64,000 nt of DNA from Ginglymostoma cirratum (taxonomy: Eukaryota), in NCBI GenBank assembly GCA_024137785.1, contig JAHRHZ010000035.1:22431348-22495347 (forward strand), in the 5' to 3' direction. Under the pieces are notes generated by a model, which saw only the letters and a list, made by a program, of their open reading frames with translations, did no database searches and was not told the DNA's origin. Below, one piece after another: positions 1 to 12,136 of the stretch; the stretch's first letter is position 1, and each line of letters begins with the position of its first letter. The position numbers and the translations under genes are program-made.

Positions 1-52
1 CGAGATTTTAAAATCATTGGCATGTTCAAAATATTTAATGCCTATATACTTA

Positions 53-190
<138 letters not shown>

Positions 191-744
191 CTATATTTAA
201 TAAGAACCATCATGTTACTGTCACACAAACAAAGCCTCCAACTGGACTCTATCAATAGTACACATTCGAAAACTGAAGACAATACAAGTAGCTGTTAATG
301 CTATATGGAGCAAGAGTTGGTCCTTCAACTTATCAGGTTTTTCAGCTAGATCTTTGCTAAGCTGTACCTTAACCCCATTTAGCAGTTTCTAATCCAGATA
401 ACACACAAGCAAAAATTTTTTAATCTAAGAATTTTGATTGACCGAACCAGTACAGTTTTAGAGGGAGAGTTCCAGATTCACAGTACCAATAAAGCCCTAA
501 TTACAATTTCATAACGTGCACTGTATAGCAACTTTAACAAGTAAAATATCTCAAGGCATTTCCAGGGGCTTCACAAAACCAAGATTTGGTACTGAGTAAC
601 ATCAGACAATGTTAGAGTAAAGAGCCAAAAGATTGGTCAAAGAGGCAAGTTTTAAGAACTGCTGCAAAGGAAGAGTGGAAGAGAGATGTGTGTGTGTGGG
701 GTGGCTGCTTTTGTTGTTGAGGGTGCAAATTCCAAAGCTCGGTA

Positions 745-1250
745 AATGCAGTTCTGATCACTGCGTATAGGAAGGTCATGATTGCACTAGAGGGTGTGCA
801 GAGGAAATTCACCAGGATGTTGCCTGGGATGGAGTATGTTAGCAATGAAGAGAGGCCAGATAAGCTCAGGCTATTTTCCTTGGAGCAGAGAAAGTTGAAG
901 GGGGAACTGATTGAGATGTATAAGATTACGAGGGGCATGGACACTGCGAATAGATAGCAGCTGTTCCTCTTGGTCAAAGGGCCAAGAGAAAAAAAGCGCA
1001 CTCTTAAAGCAAAAGACAGGAGGTTTCAAGGGGAATGGGAGGTGAAGTTCTGGAATGCAGAGTCCGAGGGCAGTTGAGGTGCGTAACTTCAAAACATTTA
1101 AAAAGTACTTGGACAAACACCTGTAGTATTATAACTTTCAAGATTATGGGCCTTGTGGGAAAGTAGGACTACTGCAGGTATTAGTATATTTTTCACAGTA
1201 CAGACTCAACGGGCCAGACAGCCTCTTTTACACTGTATGATTCCATTCGG
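745..1250 (+). mobile_element. CR1-type LINE 3' fragment
   Basis: Typical CR1 ORF2 C-terminal text (gagggtgtgcagaggaaattcaccaggatgttgcctggg...ttttccttggagcagagaaagttgaagggg) followed by a 3' tail. Confidence 0.8.
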
Positions 1251-2406
1251 AAAGTGCAGCTGAAACCATAGCCACCAGCGATGGAGCGACAGAATTTGGG
1301 GATGCTCAAGGTAACAGAATTAGATGAGTGCACATAACCAGGAGTGGCAAGCTGGAGTTGACCACAGAAAAACAGAAATATCAAGCCAGAGTGGCTTCCA
1401 AACAAAAGCAGCTAGAAATGAGCAATAAATGCTGGCCAGCCAGCAACACTCACATCACACGAATGAATTTCAGAAAAAGATACTATTCAATATGAAACTC
1501 CTTTTCCCATTCCTCTCTGAAAGTTACAAGGATCAAATTTGCAGCACAGAACATTCACCACTTTATCAGATGGGTACACCCAAAACACTGAAGAAATCAG
1601 ACAACCAGTGCAACAAACCAATATGCTTGAACACTGCAACCACCACTGGACACCCACTAGTAGTACTGCAGCTAAATATCAGAATTCACCACAACAACTC
1701 ACCAGGCTTCCTTTAACAACACCTTATTAGCCCAGTAACCACTATCACAAAGAGGAATGAGGGGAAAAAAAATGAACAGAGGATCACTATCAATAGGTTT
1801 CCCGCTTATGTCACAAAGTTGAGTTGGCCCTGACCTCTTCCACTTAAGAAGCCCCCAAAACCTCTCAGCAGTTGGGAAGATAGCAATTGAGGCAGCAAAT
1901 GAAAAAGCTGCTCACGGTAGGGAGGGGGAAGCAACAGGACCACCATTATCGCCAACCATTAGTTCAAAAAGCTGTACAAATGTGGAGTAAAACCAAGATG
2001 TTCTTTTGGGGAGAGGAGGGGGGGGGATTGAAGCTGATATCGCTGAGCAATGCCACGGCTGATTCAGCGGGAGGTCTGAAGTCCCAACAACTGCCCAAAC
2101 GCCCACTGAGCCCTGGAATACTGATGTACCCCCCTCCCGCAGACTCTGCTCCACAGGACCCGCATCTCCACAACTCCCAATGGCGGGGCCGCCATGTAAA
2201 AATAAGAGACACACCGCGGCCTGCGGCCGATCATCCGTCACAGTTTAAACATAAAATCTACAAAACATCCTAAATAACTGGCGGAGCCGATAAAGGGGAG
2301 CCCGGGGATTCACAAGAGCCAGTTACTCCCACTGCACAACCAGTAGTTTTTCAGGATGAATTAGGATTCTCCAGTTAACAGAAGCACACATCCTAGAAAC
2401 TCCTAC

Positions 2407-2409
2407 CAT
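2407..2409 (-). CDS. RPL35: RPL35 exon 1 coding part (ATG only)
   Basis: Reverse strand ccttttcctacgcttacccaagaaa-ATG|gtagga. The ATG is followed directly by a GT donor and joins exon 2 in frame (MAKIKARD...). Confidence 0.9.
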
Positions 2410-2425
2410 TTTCTTGGGTAAGCGT

Positions 2426-2434
2426 AGGAAAAGG
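2426..2434 (-). promoter_or_regulatory. RPL35: TCT initiator / 5'TOP pyrimidine tract of RPL35
   Basis: Reverse strand CCTTTTCCT about 25 nt upstream of the ATG matches the YCTYTYY TCT motif typical of ribosomal protein genes. Confidence 0.8.
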
Positions 2435-2847
2435 CAGGCCTGCGGGGCGGGGCCTGTATTTCCACGTGATAGAACCTACCATCCATTTCATTGAGAGGTG
2501 GAGACAGCGCAATCCATTATGTCAGACGTTTAACTTTACACAAACATCGTCGTCTTTTGGAAGCTTACTATTTTTGTTTTCGTCATGTCCCATCTTTGTA
2601 ACTCATTTAACGACGAGCTTCATCATTGAGTTTTGTTGATTTTGCTTACCGACCCTCTCCCTGAGATCGTGCATTCCAGAGACTGTTTCCGGTTCCGGGT
2701 CGAGGTTCAGCAGGCCCCGGGTTTGAGTGGAAGCAGCGCGATCGCCCGGCGCCGATGCAGCCTCCGGTTCAGTAGGTGCGGGTGTTGGCGAGGGAGTGGC
2801 TTATTGTCCCCATTTAACACTTGCTCTTTTAACATAAGCAGGGGCAG

Positions 2848-2987
2848 ATGGCGAGAAACACACTCTCCAACAGGTTCCGGAAAGTCGACGTTGACGAGTA
2901 CGATGAGAACAAGTTTGTGGATGAGCAGGAGGAGGCGGTGGAGCAGCAGGGGCCCGACTCGCTGGAAGTGGACACTCTCATCAGGCA
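2848..2987 (+). CDS. ARPC5L: Actin-related protein 2/3 complex subunit 5-like, exon 1
   Basis: [46 protein letters not shown](Q), the p16-Arc N-terminus. Ends at a U12 donor ATATCCTT. Confidence 0.95.
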
Positions 2988-5900
2988 ATATCCTTATGGC
3001 CCGTCTCCCTCTGTGTGCGCGTGTTTGTGAGAGACCAGGCCGCATAACCCCGGGAGGGAAGGTGACAGCCCTCCCTTCCCCGTGACCGCAGACCTCTCAC
3101 TCTTCCCCCACCCCACTCCAGCACCCGGGAACCGCACCCGCTCTCAAACTGCTGTCGACTATTAACTGCGCTCCCGGGCAGCCTGGAGCACCCCTCGACT
3201 GAAATTAATGACATTGCTTTCGCACTCATCCTTCACTGGATTGCTTCATTTTCACCGAGTTGTCACTTAACTGACGACTTTAGTGTGAGTTTATTATATC
3301 GTGTGCAGAATTTGTCATCTTGGAGATTTTGTTTAAATACCTTTTTTTAAAATTTCCAATGTTTTCCCCGCTGTGATCAGCACCTTAAGACCTCACTATT
3401 ATCTGACCTCAGTGTGGAAATGGGTGGAAGGACGAACGGGGTTACTGCTGCCCACTTTGTCCCTAAAAATAGCAAAGAGCCACCATTGTATAAGCTGTGA
3501 TTGTAGTAACAATCAAACGTCAAATGAGACAAAAGATAAAGCCACCCAAAATGACATAAAAGGAATCAACTTGTCAGTTCAAGCTCCGAGCGTACCGTTG
3601 CTAAAATGAAATCATGATCCCAAAAACGTTGTTCCACTATCCAACTGGCACCGCAGCCCACAGTTTGGGAACCCCTGATTTGAGATCTTGTTTAAGTTGG
3701 AAAATAGCGATCATTTTCAGTCACAATGTTAGTGTACAGCCAGTATTTGAGCATTTTTAGCCAGGTTCTGCATTCTTGCAAATATATAAATTAGTTACAG
3801 GACTAGGCTACTTGAACCCTCTGCCACTCAATAAGATTCTTGTACACTGCTAGTATCCTTTGAGCCAGAAGGCCTGGGTTTAAGTCCTACTGGCTGCACA
3901 GGTTTGTCATAACACTTCTGACAGATTGAGAAAATAAACTGAATTTGATTGTGGCTGATCTGATTACTCCAAGTAATAGTTAGGTAGGGATAACCTTTCA
4001 ACCACACACTTGTCAGGAATCTATTTACCTCTGTCTTAAAAAAAAATTCAAAGACTCTGCTTCCATCACTTTTTGTGGAAGACTTTTCCAAAGACTGATG
4101 ACTTCCTGGGAAAATTCTCCATATCTGTCTTAAACAGGTGATCCCTTAGAATCTCCCACGACAAGAGACTTGCTTTCCATATGCACCCTGTCAAGGCTTG
4201 TCAGAATTTTGTTTCAATCAAATCACCTTTTACTCTTCTAAACTTCAGAATCAAAGTTAGCCTATCCAGCTTTTCTTCAATAAGACAACCTGCCCATTCC
4301 AGTTGTAAGATGATGCAAACTGAAAAAACTGTGGATGCTGTAAATCAGAAACAAAAAAACAGGAATTTCTGGAAAAGCTCAGCAGGTCTGGCAGCATCTG
4401 TGAAGAGAAATCAGTTAATGTTTTGGATCCAGTGACACTTCCTCTGACCCTGATTCTGATTTCTCTTCACAGATATTGCCAGACCTGATGAGTCTAATAA
4501 ACCTTCGTTGAACTGCTTCAAGGATATCTTATTTCTCTCCTTCGATAAGGAGACCAATACTGTATGCAGTACTGTAGACAAATGCCCTGTAAGGCTGAAC
4601 AGTAATCTACATTTGTATTCAATTTCCTTTACAATAAACAGATTCTATTAGCTTTCCTAAATACTTGCTGTACCTGCACGCTAACCATGTGATTCCTTTG
4701 AGGACACCCAGATCACTCTATGCCTTGGAGCTCTGCAAACTCACCATTTATGTAATGCTTCTGTCTAAATCTTGCAGTGAAAATGGGCATTTTTACATTT
4801 TCTCACCTTGTATACCATTTCCCATATTTTTGTTGACTCGGTTAAACTATGTTCCTTTTGTAGCCTCCTGTGTCCTCTTTTAGTTTACTTTCCTACCTGT
4901 CTTTGTGTCTTTAGTGATTATACCTTTGTTCCCTTTGTCCAAGCTGTTCATATAAATTAAAAGTTGAAACCCCAATACTGATTCTGTAGCCCATCACTTC
5001 TTAGATTTGCCAACCAAAATTACCTATTGACACTTCTGTTTCCTGTTAGCGAGCCAATCTTCTATCCATGTTATTTTTGAGATGGTTGCACTGTTTAAAT
5101 GAACTCATTTTGCTTCCATAAGTCACTGTTTTATTGGCATTGTGTGGGTGTCATTGGCAATGCCAGGATTTATGCCTGTCCCAGTTGTTACAAACTGGTG
5201 AATGACATTCTTGAATTGTTACTGTCCATGTATTGGCTCACCAATGTTTGTGTACAAAATCAATTTTTCTGTGCCCTGAATCACCATAATTTTTAACATA
5301 TTCATTCACAGGATTTGTGTATCTCTGCCTAGGCCAGCATTTGCTGCCCAATCCTAACTGAGATGGTGCATTCTTGAACTGCTGCAATCCACGAATGGAT
5401 ATGTATGCCCATGGCGCTATTAGGAAATGAGCCCCAGAATTGCTGGATGATTAACTAAAATCTTTTTTGTTTTGAAAACACCCAATCATCTCACCAGCTT
5501 CCATAGCGTTGTTGGATTTATTACAGATTAATCTCACTGCAGTCATAAAGGTCCTACAAATGATGTGATTTATGGCACCAAAATGCTACTCAACCATTGG
5601 AGGCACAGATCAGAAATCAGGAAACTGAAGTCTTACACAAGTAGGAAAATTGTTCAGAGGTTTTAAAGAAACCCCTTTATCCCCCTCAGACCACTTACTT
5701 TCCCACTACTTATCTCTTTCCCTATGTCATTCACTGTTTTGTCTTCCCTTGTTTTGTGCAGTTATGAACATAATTAAGAGCAGAGCACTTTGTCCTTCAA
5801 GTTTGACTCACTATTAAGATCACAGCTGACCTGAGTTAGAATACAGCAGCCTTTATTGTCATGTACACTCAAACGAGTGCAATGAAAAGTTTGTAACGTT

Positions 5901-7150
5901 TGACACCATCTTAGGTACAGAGGACTTTGGTGTAAATACATTTTTACTCTATAACTATACTTAAAAGTGTTGTTAGAGAGTTTAAAAAAAATAGATTAGC
6001 ATGGGAACAATTAAAGCCCAGAAATGACAATAAGTACTTAAGTTCCAGTCCATGCCCACTGGCCCCAGAGCACAAGGCTATGCTGCCTCCAGGTGCCTGC
6101 CTCCATCTGGGACTTGCTCTGCTGCTGCTGCCGAGGGACTCGGCCCACAGCCCATACTCGCTCTGCCCCGCCGCAGGATGTGGCCCGTGCTCGCCCCGCT
6201 CGACTCCAGTCTCCAAGTAGGATAGGAGGAGGGCTGAAAGAAAAGCTATGAAGAGGAGAAAAGAAAGAAAAGCTGGGGAAAGGGACTGGTCAGCAGAAGA
6301 GTTCCAAATAGAGTGTCCTACTCTGCTGCCATCTTGCAGTTGAATTTATACCTTTAACTCGTGGTCATGCCTGCCCCAATAATGTTTCATCCCTTTGTTT
6401 AATCAATAATTTATCTCTGCCTTAAACATCTTACTAATTAGTTGAGATGAACAAAGCAGAACAGTAAGGGGAAAAGTCTTGTTCACATTTCTGGATAGTA
6501 ACAGCAGTTGTGCACAATCTCCTTTTGGATTCATTTCAGTTTTCCTCAGAACTGATATAAGTGCTGATTCATGGAACGTTTCTTAATTGAACAAAAGTAT
6601 TTTTCTAGATGGAAATTAGTACTCTTGAATGATTAATGTTGTCAGTTTTGAGATCTCTGAGGCCACAACATGATAGAACTTTACATCCAATTTGAAGAGT
6701 GGGGTTAAATATATTGAACTTGAGGGCCCTGTAAATCTGAAACAAAAACAAATTACTAGAGAAACTAAGCAGGTCTGGCAGCATTTATGGAGAGAACATA
6801 GGGTCCATGTTGAGTCCATTGAGCCTTATTCAGAACTCCAGAGCTCTGTTCTGAAGGAGGGTTACTGGACAAATAATGTTAACTCTGCATTCTCTCCAGA
6901 TAATGCCAGGCCTGTTGAGATTCTCCAGCAATATCTATTTTTAAGGACAAATAACATGGGCCTGAAAGGGGAGAGAATGTGAGCTGAGATCCGAGGTTAG
7001 GGGATAGATTGATTAACAAGCAGTGGAAGACTTTTGAGGGGATATTTTGGAATGCTGACTAACTCGCGTGTAAACCTGTAACTAAAGAACACATACTGGG
7101 TTTAAATGTTTGAAATAAAACTTACTGTCCCTTAACCAGTAATCCTGTAC
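2988..7150 (+). other. ARPC5L: U12-type (minor spliceosome) AT-AC intron, ARPC5L intron 1
   Basis: 5' end ATATCCTT (2988-2995), branch point CCTTAAC (7130-7136), 3' end TAC (AC at 7149-7150). Splicing CA|A-GGT-GAT restores the conserved RQGDM sequence. Confidence 0.93.
3990..5080 (-). mobile_element. Decayed CR1-type LINE fragment interrupted by a fold-back element at about 4320-4495
   Basis: Reverse-complement CR1 phrases (ctctgcttccatcac...gaagacttttccaaagac; tctccttcgataaggagaccaatactgtatgcagtactgtaga). Confidence 0.6.
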
Positions 7151-7223
7151 AGGTGATATGCTAAGTGCGTTCCATGCAGCATTAAGAAATCCTCCAGTCA
7201 ACATGAAGAATCAAGCAGTTAAG
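7151..7223 (+). CDS. ARPC5L: ARPC5L exon 2
   Basis: (Q)GDMLSAFHAALRNPPVNMKNQAVK, 73 nt, followed by gtattt donor. Confidence 0.95.
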
Positions 7224-7894
7224 GTATTTGATTAATCTAGTTTCTTGTAATTATTTGACATTGTATGCAATATATTTCTCAAAACACAGTGACTTGTCTC
7301 CAAGAATTCATCCAAATATCTCGAGCAGGCCTCTTCTATCTGCAAGGGATAAATATTGTGCAGCTAATCTTAAACAATTTTACTTCTGGTTTCAGTACAT
7401 TAATTTATGGGATGACATCAACTGAATTCGGAATGTCTACCAGATTTCAGTTAATTGCCTTTTGATGACACTTCTAAATGATAAAAGTAACCATTTGTTA
7501 TCTCCCTTATTGGTATAGACCCTTAATATTTGATCTGTTATCTACTTAAAACAAAGCTATTGCTGGATGTGGCCACAAGTGTCATAACATAGATCAGTTG
7601 AACCGCCCCACCACTGCAAGTACATGCAGTGAAAATTACCTAAATTTACTATATGGCAAAGAATTCTACTCTGCAGTTATAATACTGGTTGAACTGCTGA
7701 GCAATAAGTTTTGGAAAATCGGAGGCATTATATTCAAATAATGGCTAATAGTGTTTCATCTTCAATCCTGCAAGGTAAGGACTAAAAGTTGTTTAATGAC
7801 TACTAATGGCCATCCTTTTTTAAATTTATAATCTGTAGAAGTGCAATAAAAACATAGACTACGTTGTAAATTAAACTTTTCTTTTCCTCTACAG

Positions 7895-8071
7895 GAACGG
7901 GCACAGGCAATAGTTCTCAAAGTCCTTACATCCTTTAAAAGTAGTGAGATAGAACAGGCTGTTAAATCACTAGATAGAAATGGTGTCGACCTATTAATGA
8001 AGTACATTTATAAAGGTTTTGAAAAACCCACAGAAAACAGCAGTGCAATATTACTGCAGTGGCATGAAAAG
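7895..8071 (+). CDS. ARPC5L: ARPC5L exon 3
   Basis: Polypyrimidine tract + acag|[59 protein letters not shown]|gtaagt. [10 protein letters not shown] and EKPTENSS are ARPC5L-type rather than ARPC5-type residues. Confidence 0.97.
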
Positions 8072-8324
8072 GTAAGTTTCTTTTTCTTTTAATTATTTTG
8101 TTTTATGATTAAAGAGAAAGACGAGCGGATGACCTGTTTCGATGTCTATCTCAATGATAAGTTGCGACAGCCATTTAAGACACTTGCTCTTGGAAAGTTT
8201 GGCCTGCAGGCAAAGAATCTGGTTTCATTATGCTGTCACTAATCATTAATTGCCGAATAAAATGTATATGTAAAAATAGGTCAAGGTCAAATTTACAATG
8301 TTACAGTTTTCAACTTGATTTGCA

Positions 8325-8610
8325 ATAACTTCGCCAGAGTCAGAAGGCTGTTGGTTTGTATCGATAATGTTGCTACCAGAGCTGAAGTTGTGAAATACTG
8401 ACCTCAGATCCCATGATAGTGTGCAACAAACAGGGAGAGTTAATTTGGGCAAAATTCCTTCCTGTGTAGCCAAGAAATTACTTGTGACTCATCAACTGCT
8501 TTATCACAGGGCTTTGCTGTGGACAAATTGGCTGCTGTACTTCAAAATGTAATTCAGTGGTCACGAATCACTTCAGGAATTATTTTCATAAGTGCTACAT
8601 AAATGTACAT
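8325..8610 (+). mobile_element. DeuSINE-like (SacSINE1/AmnSINE-type) SINE remnant
   Basis: gagtcagaagg head and the core tttgctgtggacaaattggctgctg...acttcaaaatgtaattcagtgg resemble the Deu-domain SINEs of sharks. Recognised from memory, not aligned. Confidence 0.45.
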
Positions 8611-9483
8611 TGCTTGCACGCAGGTTTTGTAATCAAAATCAGCATAGTCCTACAAGACCATAGGGCTGCTCTCTCATTTTGAGGGGTGACTGGTGGCGGT
8701 TTAACAGGAGGAACACCACATCCATCATGGTAATCTCAGCTGGTGCAGGAATTGAACCTATGCTGTAAGCCAGCTGCCCAGCCAACTGAGCTAGCCAACT
8801 CCCTCTTATTAAATACTGAGCAGATAAATACATTTTGTTCAGCTACATAAATTTGCTGTGATATTCCTAACACATCATCACCTATTTCCTCCTCTAATGT
8901 CATCCCAGCTGGCTGTTGCTTCAGCTTATCTTGTACTGGAACCTACATTGCTACTGTTATCTTCTATACTTGATCATTCCTAGCCGGTGTCCCTGTTCCA
9001 TCCTCTGAACCGAAGCATTCAAAAAGTCTGCTTCCTTTGTCCTAATTGCACAATGTCCTGCTATTCCATTTCCCCATTCTTACTAGCCTACAGTGAATCT
9101 TGGTAATGGAGCACATTTTTAAAATTCAAGTTGCTTCCCAGTCTCCTGTAGCTTTACAGAATCCATACATTGCTGCACCCACAACACCGCCCCCCCCAGT
9201 TCTGGCTTTTTGAATATTTGTTGTCTTATTTGTTCCTCAAGTAACACTCAGTTGCCAGTGCCATAAGCTTTGGAATTCCCTCCTAAAACCTCTCTCCTAG
9301 GTGCCTTTGAAATTTGGTTAAAGAGATTGAGGCATTTGGCCAAGCATCTCTCATGTTGGTAGGGTGTCAGTTTTCTTTCGTAAAGCACCTTGTGATGTTT
9401 TATGTTAAAGGTGCTGTATAAATAAGTTGTAGTTACATAAAGCTCAATGACTTGAATGTATTTTCTTTCTCTATCCCTTACAG

Positions 9484-9546
9484 GCATTAGCAGTGGGTGG
9501 AGTAGGTTGCATAGTAAGAGTTCTCACTGCAAGAAAAACAGTTTAA
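9484..9546 (+). CDS. ARPC5L: ARPC5L exon 4 (C-terminus and stop)
   Basis: tacag|ALAVGGVGCIVRVLTARKTV*. Total CDS 140+73+177+63 nt = 150 aa. Confidence 0.96.
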   Translation, partial: ALAVGGVGCIVRVLTARKTV

Positions 9547-10073
9547 AAAGTTACATGATGGATTGACTTGAGGACTGAAAGCTGTTGGAAAGTGTGACGA
9601 AGCAACAGCAAAAGAGAAATATTTGAATCCATTCTTTAAAGATTAATTCATATTAAATGAAATTATTTTGAAAAATCACCTTTGAATGCTCTTATCTCAA
9701 TAGGTTGTGGTGGCAAGTTTGCATTACTGTATGTTTTGGCAAAGTTTGACATGCAAGGTCTTGCACGTTCAGTTCTCTTAAGAGTTTTTGTTTTTACCTT
9801 TTAAAATCTGTTGAGAAACCAAATAGTGTGGCTAATAAAGGTACCTTTACATGATGGGAAACCAACTGACGTGCATTTTACCCTGAATTGTTAGGCCACA
9901 TGGTGGACTATTAGGACTTCATTGTCACTATATGCAGTATTATAATTTTTTTATTTCTTTGGGTCACTTTCATATTGTCTTTTGTACAGTTATTGGATAC
10001 TTGGTATGATAAATATGGCAATAGTATTAGTTGAACTACCAGGGATGAATTTATTGTGAAGTGCCTGCTGCAA

Positions 10074-10079
10074 AATAAA
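10074..10079 (+). terminator. ARPC5L: Candidate ARPC5L polyadenylation signal
   Basis: AATAAA followed about 25 nt later by a U/GU-rich tract (gctttttgttgtatt). Another AATAAA lies at 9834-9839. Confidence 0.55.
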
Positions 10080-12049
10080 GCTCTTGGATCATCATCTGAC
10101 AGCTTTTTGTTGTATTATAATGTCAAAATTTAAGGTTGGATTTCTAACTTAAAGCAGTAAGGAGATGTCTACTAGATGCAATCTAGTGTAATGTCAATTT
10201 AATAAATCCTGTAATAAAGTAAAAGTAAATTTGTTTGAGCATCACTGAAATCTTCATGGGGCTTTGTAGTACAAAATAATATTTAATTAATAAATGCAAT
10301 TCATTATCAACTAACTTGCAGAGTTTCTCAATGCTAGCTGAGATGACCAATGGAAATATTAACAAGGGTTTTGATCAGAAATAAAGCAACTCATTCTGTT
10401 CCTTCCTTGAGCAGTTACATTTCAGAAGTATTTTAAAAGTATTTATTCATAAGATCTGCTTTGAGTGTGCAACATTAAATCTTTGCTGCAGTATAATGTA
10501 CAAAGCTGTGAACTGGTTGAACTGTGCACCAGGAAAAATGAAATCAATATTGAGAAGGGCACTGGTGTGACATTTTTACTCAATGGGTGTAATAGTCTTT
10601 TAAATTTAATGTCCCAACAGCGCTCTCCAGCTACCCTGGCTGCTATGCATTGGCTAAAAATATGGCCATCATATATATTGAGGCAGTTTAAAAATCAGAA
10701 CTTTACATTAGAGTCAACAGTGCAGACCAACTAGACTGATTGATTGTGAATGGTATTGCAATGTGTACATGTTAAGTTTTTAAAATGAGCCTTTGGTAAT
10801 ACATTATTACTTACCAGTTATTAGTGGTGACTCATCTTGAAGCAAAATACAGACATTCAGAACACTGGTCTGAAAATACCACAGTAATGCTTTATGTTGT
10901 TGTCAAGATTTGACACTGAATTCGCATTATCTGCACCCAGAGGTAGAACCCCACCTCAATTATTTAACATAGCACTATACGTAAGACAGTCATTTAAAAA
11001 AATGCAAAACCCATTTATGAAACTAAGTTACCCAGTACCTTGCAGTGGTTATGTATGTATGTGTATATACTGGTGAATGCATTCCATAAAAGCTAATGTA
11101 CTGAAACATTAATTTTCCCAGAACTGCATGCCACCAGCAGTAACAAATAGCTGAATTTAGAAATGTAAAATTCACTTTGGATATATACTAATGAGTTAAG
11201 GTAACGGTTTGGTTTTACTATGATTAAACCAACTTCACAAGTCATAACCTATTTGATTTTTTATGAGGCTTGCATCTTCTTGATTCTTCATCTCCTATAC
11301 AAATCACTAAGGTGTTTTGACATGGTCCAAGTAATGAGAAGGCAATTTAATTAGAATATTAAGCATGCAATGTTCAAAGTGAAAAAATCTGATATTTTCC
11401 CTTGAAAATATTTGTAACTGCGAGTCTCAGCAACTTGCTCTGATCAGGTCAAGGTTAACTAAATACTATTCAAATATTGTAAACTACTAGACTAGGATAT
11501 GTTTGGAATTGCATTGAAATCCCAAGTCCTTACGACCATCTTGTTTAAGGTTAGCGAATCCAGCATTTTAATACATTTTGATTCCTACACCTATTCCATT
11601 CTTAAATGATTTACATTTTCATCTCATAAGCACATACTGAACTTGTTTGAGGACTCTAATTTGAATTATAATTCTTTCACAATGTGTGTCAATGTTAGTT
11701 TGTTTTAAAAAAAAAAAGAGCTCACCCAGTTTTTACTTCCACTGTAACTAGGTGACCTACTTCAAGCAAGGATAGTTACATTTTGATAGTTTAAATTCTA
11801 ATAATGTGGTCCAGGAGATGACTGATCAAGCTTGTCACCCAAGGTAACAATTACACCGATTTCACTGGGAAATGAATTATATACAATATGCCAAAGTTTG
11901 GTCTATCGGTTTATGTAGGTTTTTCACTAGTGCTTGAGTGTTCAAAAGTAAACAAGGATGGCAGCCACAGCAGTCAAAGATCCAACTCAACTTCCAACAG
12001 ACAAAATGAATTTCAGAAGGATTACTACTACGAAGCTAGCCAATGAAAT

Positions 12050-12136
12050 TGTGAGATAACAAGATGTAGGGCTGGATGAGCACAGCAGGCCGAGGAGCAG
12101 GAAGGCTGACGTTTCAGGCCTAGACCCTTCTTCAGA
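12050..12136 (-). mobile_element. Short hammerhead-bearing repeat
   Basis: Reverse strand CTGAAGA-AGGGTCTAGGCCT-GAAA-CGTC. Same family as the 18385 and 28309 copies. Confidence 0.75.

Larger units (their letters stand above)
2170..3200. promoter_or_regulatory. CpG-rich bidirectional promoter region shared by RPL35 and ARPC5L
   Basis: High CpG density. GC box GGGGCGGGGC 2444-2453, E-box CACGTG 2463-2468, tandem ETS/GABP-type TTCCGG-TTCCGG 2687-2698, YY1-like GCCGCCATGT near 2188-2197. The two start codons are only about 440 bp apart on opposite strands. Confidence 0.8.

Noticed and set aside
612-2273. Several 60-130 aa ORFs in RPL35 intron 1
   Set aside because: They overlap CR1 remnants or GC-rich promoter-proximal sequence, with no recognisable protein family or splice structure.
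191-2406. Possible intronic snoRNA in a ribosomal protein gene
   Set aside because: No convincing box C/D with terminal stem or H/ACA arrangement was seen by eye on the RPL35 strand. A snoRNA covariance search would be needed.
2988-3030. ORF-track C-terminal extension [13 protein letters not shown] of ARPC5L
   Set aside because: Read-through into the U12 intron; homology continues in exon 2 instead.
2633-3229. Long ORFs of 150, 112 and 82 aa around ARPC5L exon 1
   Set aside because: Alternative-frame or antisense by-products of a GC-rich exon and CpG island.
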